Source of the DNA: Nitrospirota bacterium
GTDB lineage: Bacteria > Nitrospirota > Nitrospiria > 2-01-FULL-66-17
Length of the DNA: 64,000 nt
Reading direction: 5' to 3'
Assembly: GCA_049325335.1 (NCBI GenBank)
Contig: JBMOMC010000007.1
Span: 96,001-160,000 of the forward strand
Part shown: positions 1 through 9,940 of the stretch, piece by piece
How positions within the stretch are numbered: the stretch's first letter is position 1
Layout of the letters: every line of letters starts with the position of its first letter
Notes under the pieces: model-generated
Told to the model about the DNA's origin: nothing
Databases searched by the model: none
Seen by the model: only the letters and a program-made list of their open reading frames with translations
Position numbers and translations under genes: made by a program

Positions 1-395
1 AGCGACGAGCGCGCGACCACATAGTTGACAGCCTCCGCGTTGAGCGGATGCGCCGCGTACGCCACGGCCGCGAACGCGGCCCACCCATCGTCGCGCAGCA
101 CCATGCGGCCGACCACGAAGGCCATCCACGACAGCAACGCGTGCAGCGCCAGATTGACCAACAAGTAACCGAACGGGTTCATCCCGCTCAGCGCGTAATT
201 GGCGGCCAACGTGAGGATCGTCACCGGTCGGTATCCAGTTGTCAGATACGAGACCGGTTCCCAGGTTCGAATCGCCGGGTTCTCGATGACGTGAGGCCGG
301 TCGTCCAAATGAAACCCGCCCCACAGCGCTCCGCCGTGCGCCGCGGCCACAACCACCGCGATCACGCCCGCCGCCGGCCACAAGCGGACGGTCAC
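1..395 (-). CDS. TMTC-like GT-C glycosyltransferase (putative protein O-mannosyltransferase), 3' end truncated by window edge
   Basis: Not in the ORF track. Manual translation from GTG 395 (GTGA overlap with the stop of the upstream paralog) gives MTVRLWPAAG...GGFHLDD...ENPAIRTW...GYRP...HPLNAEAVNYVVARSS, the same motifs as the three upstream paralogs. Confidence 0.85.
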   Translation of the reverse strand, partial: MTVRLWPAAGVIAVVVAAAHGGALWGGFHLDDRPHVIENPAIRTWEPVSYLTTGYRPVTILTLAANYALSGMNPFGYLLVNLALHALLSWMAFVVGRMVLRDDGWAAFAAVAYAAHPLNAEAVNYVVARSS

Positions 396-2176
396 GGCGC
401 CGTCCCGTTGAGCACAGTCCGGATACCGTCCCGATACCGATCAAACGCCGGATCCCGCGGAAAGCGACGTTCCACATCCCCTAGGACGGTTTCGGCCTCG
501 GTCCGCCGTCCCAGCGCGGCCAATGCCAGTCCGCGGTTGTACGCCGCCTCCAGAAACGCGGGGTCACCTTGGAGCGCAGCGGTGGTCAAATCGAGTGCCT
601 CGGCAAAATCCTGTCTCTCCAAGTAGATCGCGGCCAAATTATTGAGCGCATCCCGCTGGCCGGGATTGATGTCCAATGCGCGCTGAAACATGGCCTCCGC
701 CCCGTGGGTATCCCCGGCCCGCAGCGCGAGCACGCCTAGTTGCACATGAGCGCTTTCATCCAGCGGGTGTAACGCGATCGCCCGTTCGAACGCTGCTTTG
801 GCTTCGTCGGCCCGACCACGGCGCTCCGCCAACAGCCCGATGAGGTAGTAGACGCGCGGATAATCCGGCAAGACTCGCTGGATCGCCCGAAACTCCGCCT
901 CAGCGAGGGCGTATTCCCCCTGCGCCATGTTCGCAGCGCCCAGATTGAGGTGCGCCAAGACATTCTCCGGCGACCGATCGACGACCTCTTGCCACAACCG
1001 CCGATCGTCTTGCCAGACCACGGACCGCGACCGATCGACGACGACGGCCGCAACCGCCAGGACAACACCCGCGCCCACAACACTCCACCGCAGGGCTCGT
1101 CCGAAACGCGCCCTTCCAAACCTCATCCACGCCGCGCCCGCAAGCGAGGCGGTCGTCAGTGCCAGCCCCGCAGCGGAAAACCCCATCCGATTCTCCTGGA
1201 GCAACCCCACGGCGGTGATCCACGGCAACGGGGCCAGCGGCGCCAGTCCGGCCAGCGCCCAGAGCAGCCCCCACGCCGCCGCAGGCGCCCGCCGCGCCAA
1301 GATTACGAACACCGCCGCCAGCGCCACGGCTCCGACCACCAGCGCTGCAGCCAACCTTGCATCGAACCGTAGGAGAAACGTCAGCCGATGATCCAATCCC
1401 AACGGCGACGGCCACACCCACAACGCCAGCGATCGTGCGACCATTTCCGTAAACGTCCAGAACGGCCGCGGCGCCGGCTCTCTCGTCCCCACGCTCTCGC
1501 CGTCGTACCCCGCCCCGAGAATCAGGTGCCACGCGAGGAAAAGGACGACCACCGCGCTGTAGGCTGAGGCGGCGACCACCAGGCGCGTGTTCTGCCGCCG
1601 CAACGACGGCAGCAGCCACCGAGCCGCGAGCAGCGGGACCGCGAGTGCCACCGCCGACTCCTTGCTCAAGAGCGCGGCGGCAAACGCTCCCAGTCCTATC
1701 ACCAACGTCCAGGGTCCGTCGCGTCGCTCCGCGTACCGAATGAACGCCCAGGCCGCAGCCACTGCACCCACGGTTGCCAGCAGGGAGAATCGCGCGGTCG
1801 CGTAGTTGACCGACTCGGCATTAATGGGGTGCAGCGCGAACAGCGCGCCGGAGACCGCGGCCCACCGCAGATCGCCCAAGACCTCGCGCGCAAGCAAAAA
1901 CACCAGCACCGAGGCCAGCGCGTGCAACCCCAGATTGGTCAGCAGGTACCCGCGCGGCGTCAATCCCCCGAGCTGATAGTTCAGCGCGAATGACAGCACC
2001 GCCATCGGACGGTATCCCGAAACGATATACTCCATCGGCCGCCACGTTCGAATGGCGGGGTTCTCGGTGATCGCGGAGGAGTCGTCGTAATGAAACCCGC
2101 CGTGCAGCGCCCCACCGTGCGCGGCGAGCACCGCAACCACGAGGAGTCCGGCCACCGCATACGGCCTGAGCATCAC
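392..2176 (-). CDS. TMTC-like GT-C glycosyltransferase with C-terminal TPRs
   Basis: Multi-TM N-terminus with GFHYDD, YRP, HPINAESVNY..R and SKE motifs, followed by TPR repeats. 4-bp overlaps with both neighbours. Confidence 0.85.
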   Translation of the reverse strand: MMLRPYAVAGLLVVAVLAAHGGALHGGFHYDDSSAITENPAIRTWRPMEYIVSGYRPMAVLSFALNYQLGGLTPRGYLLTNLGLHALASVLVFLLAREVLGDLRWAAVSGALFALHPINAESVNYATARFSLLATVGAVAAAWAFIRYAERRDGPWTLVIGLGAFAAALLSKESAVALAVPLLAARWLLPSLRRQNTRLVVAASAYSAVVVLFLAWHLILGAGYDGESVGTREPAPRPFWTFTEMVARSLALWVWPSPLGLDHRLTFLLRFDARLAAALVVGAVALAAVFVILARRAPAAAWGLLWALAGLAPLAPLPWITAVGLLQENRMGFSAAGLALTTASLAGAAWMRFGRARFGRALRWSVVGAGVVLAVAAVVVDRSRSVVWQDDRRLWQEVVDRSPENVLAHLNLGAANMAQGEYALAEAEFRAIQRVLPDYPRVYYLIGLLAERRGRADEAKAAFERAIALHPLDESAHVQLGVLALRAGDTHGAEAMFQRALDINPGQRDALNNLAAIYLERQDFAEALDLTTAALQGDPAFLEAAYNRGLALAALGRRTEAETVLGDVERRFPRDPAFDRYRDGIRTVLNGTAP

Positions 2177-3999
2177 GGTCCGTCCCCCTCCAGCACGTAC
2201 GCGATGCCGGCGCGGTACCGATCAAACGCGGCGGCAGGCGGAAGACGCCCGAGCACGTCCCGCAACACGGCCGCGGCCTCCGCTCGCCGCCCCAGGGCCG
2301 CCAACGCCAGGCCCCGGTTGTACGCCGCCTCAAGAAATTCCGGGTCACGCTCCAACGCTGCGGTCACGAGCTCCAACGCCTCGGTAAACGCTTGCCGTTC
2401 CAGGTAAATCGCGGCCAGATTGTTCAGCGCGTCCCGCTGAGCCGGATCGATGGCGAGCGCGCGGCGAAACGCGGCTTCCGCCGCCGCGGTGTCTCCTCCC
2501 CGAAGCGCGAGAATACCCAGGTGCGCGTGCGCGCCTTCCTCCATCGGGTTCAACGCGATCACCCGCTCAAATGCGGCTGTCGCGTCTTCCGTACGCCCGC
2601 GGCGCAACGCCAGAAGCCCGAGATTGTAGTACACCCGCGGGTATCCCGGAGACCGCGCCGCGATTCCCAGGTATTCGGCCTCCGCGCGGTCATGGTCGCC
2701 GGCCAACATGTATGCGGCGCCCAGATTGATCCGAGCGGGTATGTTCTCCGGCCAATGCCGGACCACTTCCCCCCACAACAGTCGATCGTCTCGCCAAACC
2801 GCGGACCGAGACCGGTCCACCACGGCGGCCGCGATTGCCAGCGCGAGGCCCGCGCACGCGAAGCCCCACGCCGCCGCGCGGCGCGACCGCGCGGGGCTCA
2901 CCGCGGCCCACGCCGCGCCCGCCAGCGCCGCGGTCGCCACGGACAGACCCGCGGCTGAGAACGCCATGCGGTGCTCCTGAAGCAATCCCGCCGAGGTCAG
3001 CCAGGGCAGCGGGGCGAGCGGGGCCAACCCCGCCAGCGCCCAGAGCACCCCCCACGCCGCAACCGGAAGCCGGCGGATCCAAAAGACGACCAGCGCTGCG
3101 AGCGCCACTGCCCCGACCACGAGCCAACCGGCCAGCCACGGGTCGAACGATAAGATGAACGTCAACCGATGGTCCAGTCCCAACGGCCAGGGCCACACCC
3201 ACAGCGCCAACGATCGCCCGATCATTTCCGCCAACGTCCACGCCGGTCGCGGGGCCGGCAACCGCGAGATGACCCCGCCGGCCGTCACCGTCAGAAACAG
3301 CGCCACAAACAGCGCGGCGAGCGCGGTGTAGCCCAGCGCCGTGCGCAACGCGCGCCGGCCGTGGGTGCGGCACGCCGGCACCAACCACCGAGCCGCGAGC
3401 AGCGGTGCGGCCAACACCACCGAGGACTCCTTGCTTAGGAGGGCGCACCCGAACGCGACCAGGCCCGCGAGCAACGTCCCCGGGCCGCCGCGCTGTACGT
3501 ACCGGAAAAACGCCCCCGTCGCAGTCAATGCGAACACCGTCGCGAGCAACGAAGAACGCGCGGTGACATAGTTGACGGCTTCGGCGTTGATCGGGTGCAA
3601 CGCAAACACCACCCCCGCCACCGCGGCCCAGCGCGGATCACCGAGCGCCACCCACGCCACCCAAAACACCAACCCGGCCGCAAGCGCGTGCAACGCCAGA
3701 TTGGTCGCCAAATAGGCGGAGGCCTTCAGGCCGCTCACGCGATAGTTCGCGGCCAACGACATCACGGTCAACGGACGGTATCCCGCGGCTTGGCGTTCGT
3801 TGACCACCGCGTCCACGGTCAGAAACGCGCGCGCGGGTTGCCAGTTTCGCACGGCCGGGTTGCCCGCCACGCCGAAGTGGTCGTCGTAGTGAAACCCGCC
3901 GCCGAGCGCCCCGCCGTGGGCCGCCAGCGCCACGAGCGCCATGCCGATGAACGCCCCCGCCAGGGTCGCGGTGTCGCGCGACGGCCGAAGCGCCTTCAT
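2173..3999 (-). CDS. TMTC-like GT-C glycosyltransferase with C-terminal TPRs
   Basis: GFHYDD, GYRP, HPINAEAVNYVTARSS and SKE motifs. TPR tail very similar to that of 392..2176 (RDALNNLAAIYLERQ, FLEAAYNRGLALAALGRR). Confidence 0.85.
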   Translation of the reverse strand: MKALRPSRDTATLAGAFIGMALVALAAHGGALGGGFHYDDHFGVAGNPAVRNWQPARAFLTVDAVVNERQAAGYRPLTVMSLAANYRVSGLKASAYLATNLALHALAAGLVFWVAWVALGDPRWAAVAGVVFALHPINAEAVNYVTARSSLLATVFALTATGAFFRYVQRGGPGTLLAGLVAFGCALLSKESSVVLAAPLLAARWLVPACRTHGRRALRTALGYTALAALFVALFLTVTAGGVISRLPAPRPAWTLAEMIGRSLALWVWPWPLGLDHRLTFILSFDPWLAGWLVVGAVALAALVVFWIRRLPVAAWGVLWALAGLAPLAPLPWLTSAGLLQEHRMAFSAAGLSVATAALAGAAWAAVSPARSRRAAAWGFACAGLALAIAAAVVDRSRSAVWRDDRLLWGEVVRHWPENIPARINLGAAYMLAGDHDRAEAEYLGIAARSPGYPRVYYNLGLLALRRGRTEDATAAFERVIALNPMEEGAHAHLGILALRGGDTAAAEAAFRRALAIDPAQRDALNNLAAIYLERQAFTEALELVTAALERDPEFLEAAYNRGLALAALGRRAEAAAVLRDVLGRLPPAAAFDRYRAGIAYVLEGDGP

Positions 4000-5645
4000 G
4001 GGCGGACTCCGGCCCGAGCCGCCTCGATCGCGACGATCCGATCGCGGACCGCGGTCGCTTGCGGCGCTAGATCCAGCGCCCTTTGGTAGGCAACGAGCGC
4101 GCGCGCCGTTTCACCCCGCGTCTCAAGCATCCGCCCCAGGTTGGCCCAGGCCTTCACGTCCGACGCATCCCGGGCGACGGCGCGCTCGTACGCGGCGATC
4201 GCCTCGTCGCGCCGCCCCAGGCCGGCGTACGCCAACCCCAGGTTAAAATCCACGCGCGGCAACGACGCGTCCAACCGAGCGGACGCGAGCCACGCCTCGA
4301 CCGCGCCCGCAGGATCGCCGTGACGCAGACGAGCCGCGCCCAAGCTGTGGTGATATGCCGCTTCGCGCGGATACCGTTGAACCGCGTCGGTCCAAAACCC
4401 GATTTCATGCCGCCACCGTTTGCCCGCCTCCACATCCGTCGCAATCAGCCCGAGCACCACGCTCGCCGCGACCGCGAGGCTCGCGAGACGCGCCATCCGT
4501 CGGGACCGCGGCGCGCCTGAAGCGGCCGCGACCCGGTTGACGAACGGATCCGCCATCGCCCCGGCGCACAATGCAAAGCCCACCGCCGCCTGGTAGCCCC
4601 GGTGGGGCTGAAACCACGCCACGGTCGTCACGAACGGCAGCGCCAGCCCGGGCAACAAGCCGGTGAGTCCGCACAGCAAGCCCCATGCACCGACCGGCGC
4701 GCGCCGCCGGAGCGCCCACGCCACAACGCCGAGCCCGACGAACGCGCCCGCGCCCCACCACACGCTCGGATGCGCCCAGGCGACCCACGCCGCGGGCCGG
4801 AGCGGATCCACCGCCCACGGCGCAATCCAGCCGGTCAGGTGCCGGCCCAATACCGCAAACCCTGACGCGAGGGCAACAAGCGTCGGCGCCGACGTGCCGT
4901 GCGCGGTGGCGCCCACGATCGTCACCGCGGGCGCGACGCTCGCGGCCGCCACCGCGGCGTGGAGGCCGATACGTCGGCCCAACGACGACCAGTGCGAGCC
5001 CGCCCCCACCAGCTCCCACGCCGCAAACCATACCAACCCGACGATCGCGCTTTCCTTACTCCATACCGCGAACGCCAGACCGACCAGGCTCGCCGCGAGC
5101 CACTCGCCGCGCGCCGCGGGGTCCGCGCGCCACCGCAGGTACGTCCAAAACGAGACCAGCAACCACACGGTGCTCAGCACCGACGATCGCGCGCTCAGGT
5201 AATGCGCCGCCTCGGTCTGCATGGGGTGAAGTCCCACCAACAGCGCCGCGCCCAACGCGGTCGCGCGATGGAGCCCCACCATCGAGGCCACCGCGAACGT
5301 GAGGCCAACCGTCAGCGCATGCCATAGCAGTTGCGTGGCGTGAAACACGGACGCGCGTCCCCCACCGATCAGATGGTCCACCGCATACGAGGAGAGCGTG
5401 ACGGGACGGAATCCCCGGCCCTGCGAGTCACGACTGGTTGCCCCAGCCGATGTCCACAGCGTTGCCCAGTCGTGCGACGCGACCGCGGGGTTTTCGACGA
5501 TAAGGTGGTAGTCGTCGTACAGAAAGCCGTTGTGAACGGCTCCGCCAAAGGCGATCGCCACCGCGAGCGCCAGCCCCAGCCACGGGCAGGCCCTGAGCAG
5601 CCCCCGCGCATCCACAGTGCCGCCCTCTGTCACGCGCTGGCTCAC
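3996..5645 (-). CDS. TMTC-like GT-C glycosyltransferase with C-terminal TPRs (more divergent paralog)
   Basis: GFLYDD, GFRP, HPMQTEAAHY..RSS and SKE motifs, with about 3 TPRs. Confidence 0.8.
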   Translation of the reverse strand: MSQRVTEGGTVDARGLLRACPWLGLALAVAIAFGGAVHNGFLYDDYHLIVENPAVASHDWATLWTSAGATSRDSQGRGFRPVTLSSYAVDHLIGGGRASVFHATQLLWHALTVGLTFAVASMVGLHRATALGAALLVGLHPMQTEAAHYLSARSSVLSTVWLLVSFWTYLRWRADPAARGEWLAASLVGLAFAVWSKESAIVGLVWFAAWELVGAGSHWSSLGRRIGLHAAVAAASVAPAVTIVGATAHGTSAPTLVALASGFAVLGRHLTGWIAPWAVDPLRPAAWVAWAHPSVWWGAGAFVGLGVVAWALRRRAPVGAWGLLCGLTGLLPGLALPFVTTVAWFQPHRGYQAAVGFALCAGAMADPFVNRVAAASGAPRSRRMARLASLAVAASVVLGLIATDVEAGKRWRHEIGFWTDAVQRYPREAAYHHSLGAARLRHGDPAGAVEAWLASARLDASLPRVDFNLGLAYAGLGRRDEAIAAYERAVARDASDVKAWANLGRMLETRGETARALVAYQRALDLAPQATAVRDRIVAIEAARAGVRP

Positions 5646-5661
5646 GTCGAGCGGCTTGTGG

Positions 5662-8600
5662 TTACTTGCTCAATCTAAGCACGTAGTCGTTGTTGGCCTC
5701 GACCCTGACCCGATAGTCGGCGCCCCCGCTGGCATTCCCGTTGGGGTCCAACTCGATCGGACGCGAACTGGTGACCCGCGCCGTTCCCAAGAACCGAATC
5801 TGCACTTCCCCGACCGGGCGCACCACGGCGTCCACCGTGGCCCCGCTCATCACGATCGTGGATGTCGAGCCCACGATCACGGGAAACGCGGTGTTCACCA
5901 CGCTGTCGGGATACACGTACACCAACCGGCTGCCGATGCCCACGCTGCGCATGCGCAGCCACACCATGCCGGGAGGCGCGTTGAAGATGGCAAACCGGCC
6001 AGAGGGCCCGGTCGCCACGGCGCCGGGCACCGCATCGCCGCTGGAGTCCAGGTACACCACGGTGCCGACATCAAAACCGTCGGCCCGCGTCGCGGCCACG
6101 GCCACGCCCGCGCGCGGCCCCGCGGTCTGCGGCAACACGATCACCCGCTGGAGGGGTACCGAGGGATTCGAGAGCGCGACGTCGGCGGCGCCGTCTCCGG
6201 TCAGATCCCCGAGCGCCATAAAGGACGGGGCGCCGCCCACGGTCACGATTTGCTCCGACGTAAAACTTCCCTGGCCGTTGCCCTGGCGGAGCAAGATCGT
6301 CCCGTCTCCCCGGTTGAGCACGACCAGGTCCAAGGCCCCGTCGTTATGCACATCCATCAGCGCCACGGCCGCCGGATCATTGCCAGTTGGAACGGGTGTC
6401 GGCGTCTGCAAGCCGCTCGCGCTGTTGAGGAAAATCCACGCCGTATTCGCCGCGCGGTCGGTCACCACCACGTCGTTCAGCCCGTCGAAATTCAGGTCGC
6501 CGATCGCGGCCGCGCTGAACCTCGCGGCATCGCCGGTCGGCACCGTGTACCCGCGAAAGCCATTGTTCCCGAGCGTGCGGACGACGATCGCACGCTCGTT
6601 GACGAACACCACGTCCGGAACGCCGTCCGAGTCCACGAACCCCGAGATCACGGCCTGGGGCGATTCGCCGACCACCGTGTCGGACGGATCACCCATTCGG
6701 AAACCGGATCCCGTGCCGAACAGCGCAATGAGGCGGCCGGATGTGTGGTCGGTGATGAACACATCCGGGTTCCCGTCGCGGTTAAAGTCCTCGACGGCCA
6801 TGGCGTTCGGGTCCACCGCCGAGGTACCGACTTCAAGGCTGCCGCCGAACACAAACTGTCCGCGCCCGCGTCCCTCCAACATCGACACGGACCGAGAAAT
6901 TCGATTGAGCACCACCAGGTCCGCCAACCCGTCATCGGTAAAGTCCACCACTGACACCGCTTCGGGACCGTCCTCGACGCCGCAATCGGCATCCCCGATG
7001 CGACAGTCCGGCCGGCGGCCGATGCGCTGCGACCGCACGAACGACCCGTCGCTGGTGTTGAGCCACACCGTGATCCCCGGCCCAGACCCCGTACCCATCG
7101 GAGTGGTATCCACCACCGCCAAGTCGCGGTACGTATCCGCGTTAAAAAACCCGGTGACCAGGGCGCCCGGCATCCCGAGCGCCGCGCAGCCCGCCGGATC
7201 GTTATTGGGAAACATCGTCCACCCGGCGCACGTACGCGGGACCAGCGCGCCGGATGCGTCGGTCTCGCCGAACCCCGTAACCGTGGTCCGTCCCCAAATC
7301 ACCCCGGTCCCCGCGGCGCGGGTCAACCCTGCGGACGAGGCCACGGCCTCGATGGCCACGGGAGTCACGGCCCCGACCGATACGCCGTTGACGGCCCGAT
7401 CCGTGGTTCGGGTGCCGTACGTATACGTATCCATCAACCCGGCGCCCGCGGTTCTCATCACCACGTCGCGCGACGAGCCGATCGGCACGGTAAATGTCGC
7501 TCCGGCGGTGTAGTTCAAGACACAGAACCCATCTCGTTCAATCCGAAACTCTCCGTAGACTTCGGTTCGGCCACACGGAATCGGTTTCTTATCCTTCGAA
7601 TTTTCGAGAACCGTCGGATCTTGATAACACACCCCACCGCGCTCGACCGTATTCTCCGGACACTCGGTGCGCATCGCCATGGGGTCTCCGCCCGCCACGC
7701 TCAGCGTAATTCCGTCGGCGGGTATGTCGCCGACCAACGCGGCAATGCTCCCAGACACATCAACCGTCACGGGCGGCGCGTTGTTGACTCCCAGCCGCAC
7801 CACGGTCACACCCCCTGCCCGGCTGTCCGCGACGGTATTGCCGGTGTCATCCGGCGACGTCACCTCCAGCGACACGGATCCAACCGGCGCGTTCAACACG
7901 AGAAACCGTCCATCTCCGGTGGTGGCGCGAAGTTCTCGACGCGGGATCCCGGCAAAGTCAAAATACACGATTGTCGGGGCCGGTGTCACGGTGATTCCAT
8001 CCAAGGGCGCCAGGCGCACCGAAATCCCGGGCGTGGGCAAACCGGTTCCCTTGGCCACGGCAGTGCCGATCAGGAGCCCGCGACTCGGGTCCTGAACAAT
8101 CGGCGCTGCGGGCGATAGGCCCGTGTTCACGGCCGCGAGGTACTCAGCCACCGCCCGCCGGGTCACCCCCACCAGGTCGTTGGTAAAGGCATGCATCACC
8201 CGCGTATCAGGATCCTTGGTCGCGGGGCCGGTTCTGAGCCGTTGGTACGTGGGCCAATAGTCCCGGTCGGCTACTCCGCCCGGACCTTCCACCTTCACCA
8301 AGTATTCGCTGGACTGCATCAACGGGAGGGGACTTGCCGTATTCGCGTTGTACGGTACGTCAAACGTGCCGTCTGCGGCGATGGGAAAAACCTCCGGATC
8401 CGAACCAGTGCGCGGCAGCGTCCCCGGCGGTCGCGGCTCATCGGCCAAATCAGCCAACGGCACCCCCAACACGGTAATCCGACCGTTCGCCACCGGCGCC
8501 AACCCATCCTCTCCCATGACGCGTCCGGAAACCGGACCGCTAAAATACGGAAAGTTCACAGCCTCCCCTTCGATCGGGGGAGGCGCCGCCGCCACGGTGA

Positions 8601-9927
8601 TCAATTGGAACGTGGCCGCGTTCCGGAACACCGGGGCGATCAGCGTGGCGAAGTGACGGCCCGGCACTCCTTCCGTAGACGTTTCCGTCACGCGGATCGT
8701 CAGATACACGATCCGCGACGTCTCCTCGGACGGAATGGGAATATTGAGGATCACAAAGCGCCCCGACCCCACGGGTTGCTGGTCCGCGTTGAGGACCGGC
8801 AACCCGGCGCCGTCCAAGTACACGATGACACCGTTGCTCGCGTCTCCGCGGTTCCCCGACGCGAGCGGGGCGCCGGCGTCGTCCGTCAGTTGAATGTAGG
8901 CGCCGTTTCTGGGGCTGCCGTTCTCCGCACGGAGTTGGCCGGCCAAGACGCCTTTGGACGGATCCCACGTCACGCCGGCCGCCTCCGCGGCGGCCCTCAG
9001 GCCCGCCGCGGTTTGAATGGTCAAAAACTCGGTGATATCCGCGGTCTGTAAGTCCGTCAGGCGCGAGCGGTCGGACCGAAAGGACTGGTACGTGTCCACG
9101 AATTTTTCGCCGCCGGACACCTTGACCCAATACAGACCTTCCGACGGCATGCAAAATCGAAACGCGGTGAGCGTCGGCCGGGACACCGCCGCCACGCGAT
9201 CCTGCGTCGGAAGGTCATCGCCGCAGTCCGACGCCTCGCTGACGCGTTGGCCCACGATCGACAACTCCACGTCGGCGCCGCCCAAGTCGGCCTTGCCGAT
9301 CGCCCGCCCGCCCTCGTTGGTGATCTCGCCCGTCACGCCGATGGTCGGGACGACCACCGGCGCCACCGTCACCGTGCCCAGCGACACTTCGTCCGCGAAC
9401 GCGGTGAGTCGACCGGCGCCGCGTCCGCCGGCCACGGCCGTGAGGAAGACCTCTCCCGGGTCCACGTTGAACGCGGTGAAGCCGCCCGAGGCGACCGTTC
9501 CACGCGTCTGGACAAAGTCGGGAGTGCCCCCCAGGCTGTTATAGAAAAAATCGCCCAGTCGGCGGCCGCGCACGTCGGTGGCCGCCAACACCACGTCGGC
9601 CGCCGCGATTCCCCTGGAGGTGAACACCCGACCGCTGACCACGCCGGTCGCCGGGCGTTGCGTAATATTGGCGGCCGAAATCATGTTGATGAGGTCCCCG
9701 CCGGACACGATCAGCAAGTTGCCATCCGCCCCGCTCACCGACGTAAACCCCACCTCGAAACCGAAGTTATAAGTGGTCACGTACGGGACATCGCGAACGC
9801 CGGAGACGCCGCTGGGCGCGCCGGGGAAATCCTCGGTCCCACACCCCGCGAGCAGGAGCAGGACCAGCGTCAGAGCCCGCCGCGCGCGCCCCGTCCAAGG
9901 AGTCCCTTTGAGTCTGCGTGTCGTCAT
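5662..9927 (-). CDS. Large (~1421 aa) lipoprotein with 4 repeated beta-rich modules and an FG-GAP/VCBS beta-propeller
   Basis: Start moved from 10056 to ATG 9927, which avoids overlap with the upstream gene and has a GGTGG RBS. Lipobox LLLAGC. FG-GAP-type motifs DFTDDGLADL, DFNRDGNPDV, DLNFDGLNDV, DVHNDGALDL and DLTGDGAADV. Confidence 0.8.
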   Translation of the reverse strand: MTTRRLKGTPWTGRARRALTLVLLLLAGCGTEDFPGAPSGVSGVRDVPYVTTYNFGFEVGFTSVSGADGNLLIVSGGDLINMISAANITQRPATGVVSGRVFTSRGIAAADVVLAATDVRGRRLGDFFYNSLGGTPDFVQTRGTVASGGFTAFNVDPGEVFLTAVAGGRGAGRLTAFADEVSLGTVTVAPVVVPTIGVTGEITNEGGRAIGKADLGGADVELSIVGQRVSEASDCGDDLPTQDRVAAVSRPTLTAFRFCMPSEGLYWVKVSGGEKFVDTYQSFRSDRSRLTDLQTADITEFLTIQTAAGLRAAAEAAGVTWDPSKGVLAGQLRAENGSPRNGAYIQLTDDAGAPLASGNRGDASNGVIVYLDGAGLPVLNADQQPVGSGRFVILNIPIPSEETSRIVYLTIRVTETSTEGVPGRHFATLIAPVFRNAATFQLITVAAAPPPIEGEAVNFPYFSGPVSGRVMGEDGLAPVANGRITVLGVPLADLADEPRPPGTLPRTGSDPEVFPIAADGTFDVPYNANTASPLPLMQSSEYLVKVEGPGGVADRDYWPTYQRLRTGPATKDPDTRVMHAFTNDLVGVTRRAVAEYLAAVNTGLSPAAPIVQDPSRGLLIGTAVAKGTGLPTPGISVRLAPLDGITVTPAPTIVYFDFAGIPRRELRATTGDGRFLVLNAPVGSVSLEVTSPDDTGNTVADSRAGGVTVVRLGVNNAPPVTVDVSGSIAALVGDIPADGITLSVAGGDPMAMRTECPENTVERGGVCYQDPTVLENSKDKKPIPCGRTEVYGEFRIERDGFCVLNYTAGATFTVPIGSSRDVVMRTAGAGLMDTYTYGTRTTDRAVNGVSVGAVTPVAIEAVASSAGLTRAAGTGVIWGRTTVTGFGETDASGALVPRTCAGWTMFPNNDPAGCAALGMPGALVTGFFNADTYRDLAVVDTTPMGTGSGPGITVWLNTSDGSFVRSQRIGRRPDCRIGDADCGVEDGPEAVSVVDFTDDGLADLVVLNRISRSVSMLEGRGRGQFVFGGSLEVGTSAVDPNAMAVEDFNRDGNPDVFITDHTSGRLIALFGTGSGFRMGDPSDTVVGESPQAVISGFVDSDGVPDVVFVNERAIVVRTLGNNGFRGYTVPTGDAARFSAAAIGDLNFDGLNDVVVTDRAANTAWIFLNSASGLQTPTPVPTGNDPAAVALMDVHNDGALDLVVLNRGDGTILLRQGNGQGSFTSEQIVTVGGAPSFMALGDLTGDGAADVALSNPSVPLQRVIVLPQTAGPRAGVAVAATRADGFDVGTVVYLDSSGDAVPGAVATGPSGRFAIFNAPPGMVWLRMRSVGIGSRLVYVYPDSVVNTAFPVIVGSTSTIVMSGATVDAVVRPVGEVQIRFLGTARVTSSRPIELDPNGNASGGADYRVRVEANNDYVLRLSK

Positions 9928-9940
9928 CGAACGGACCACC

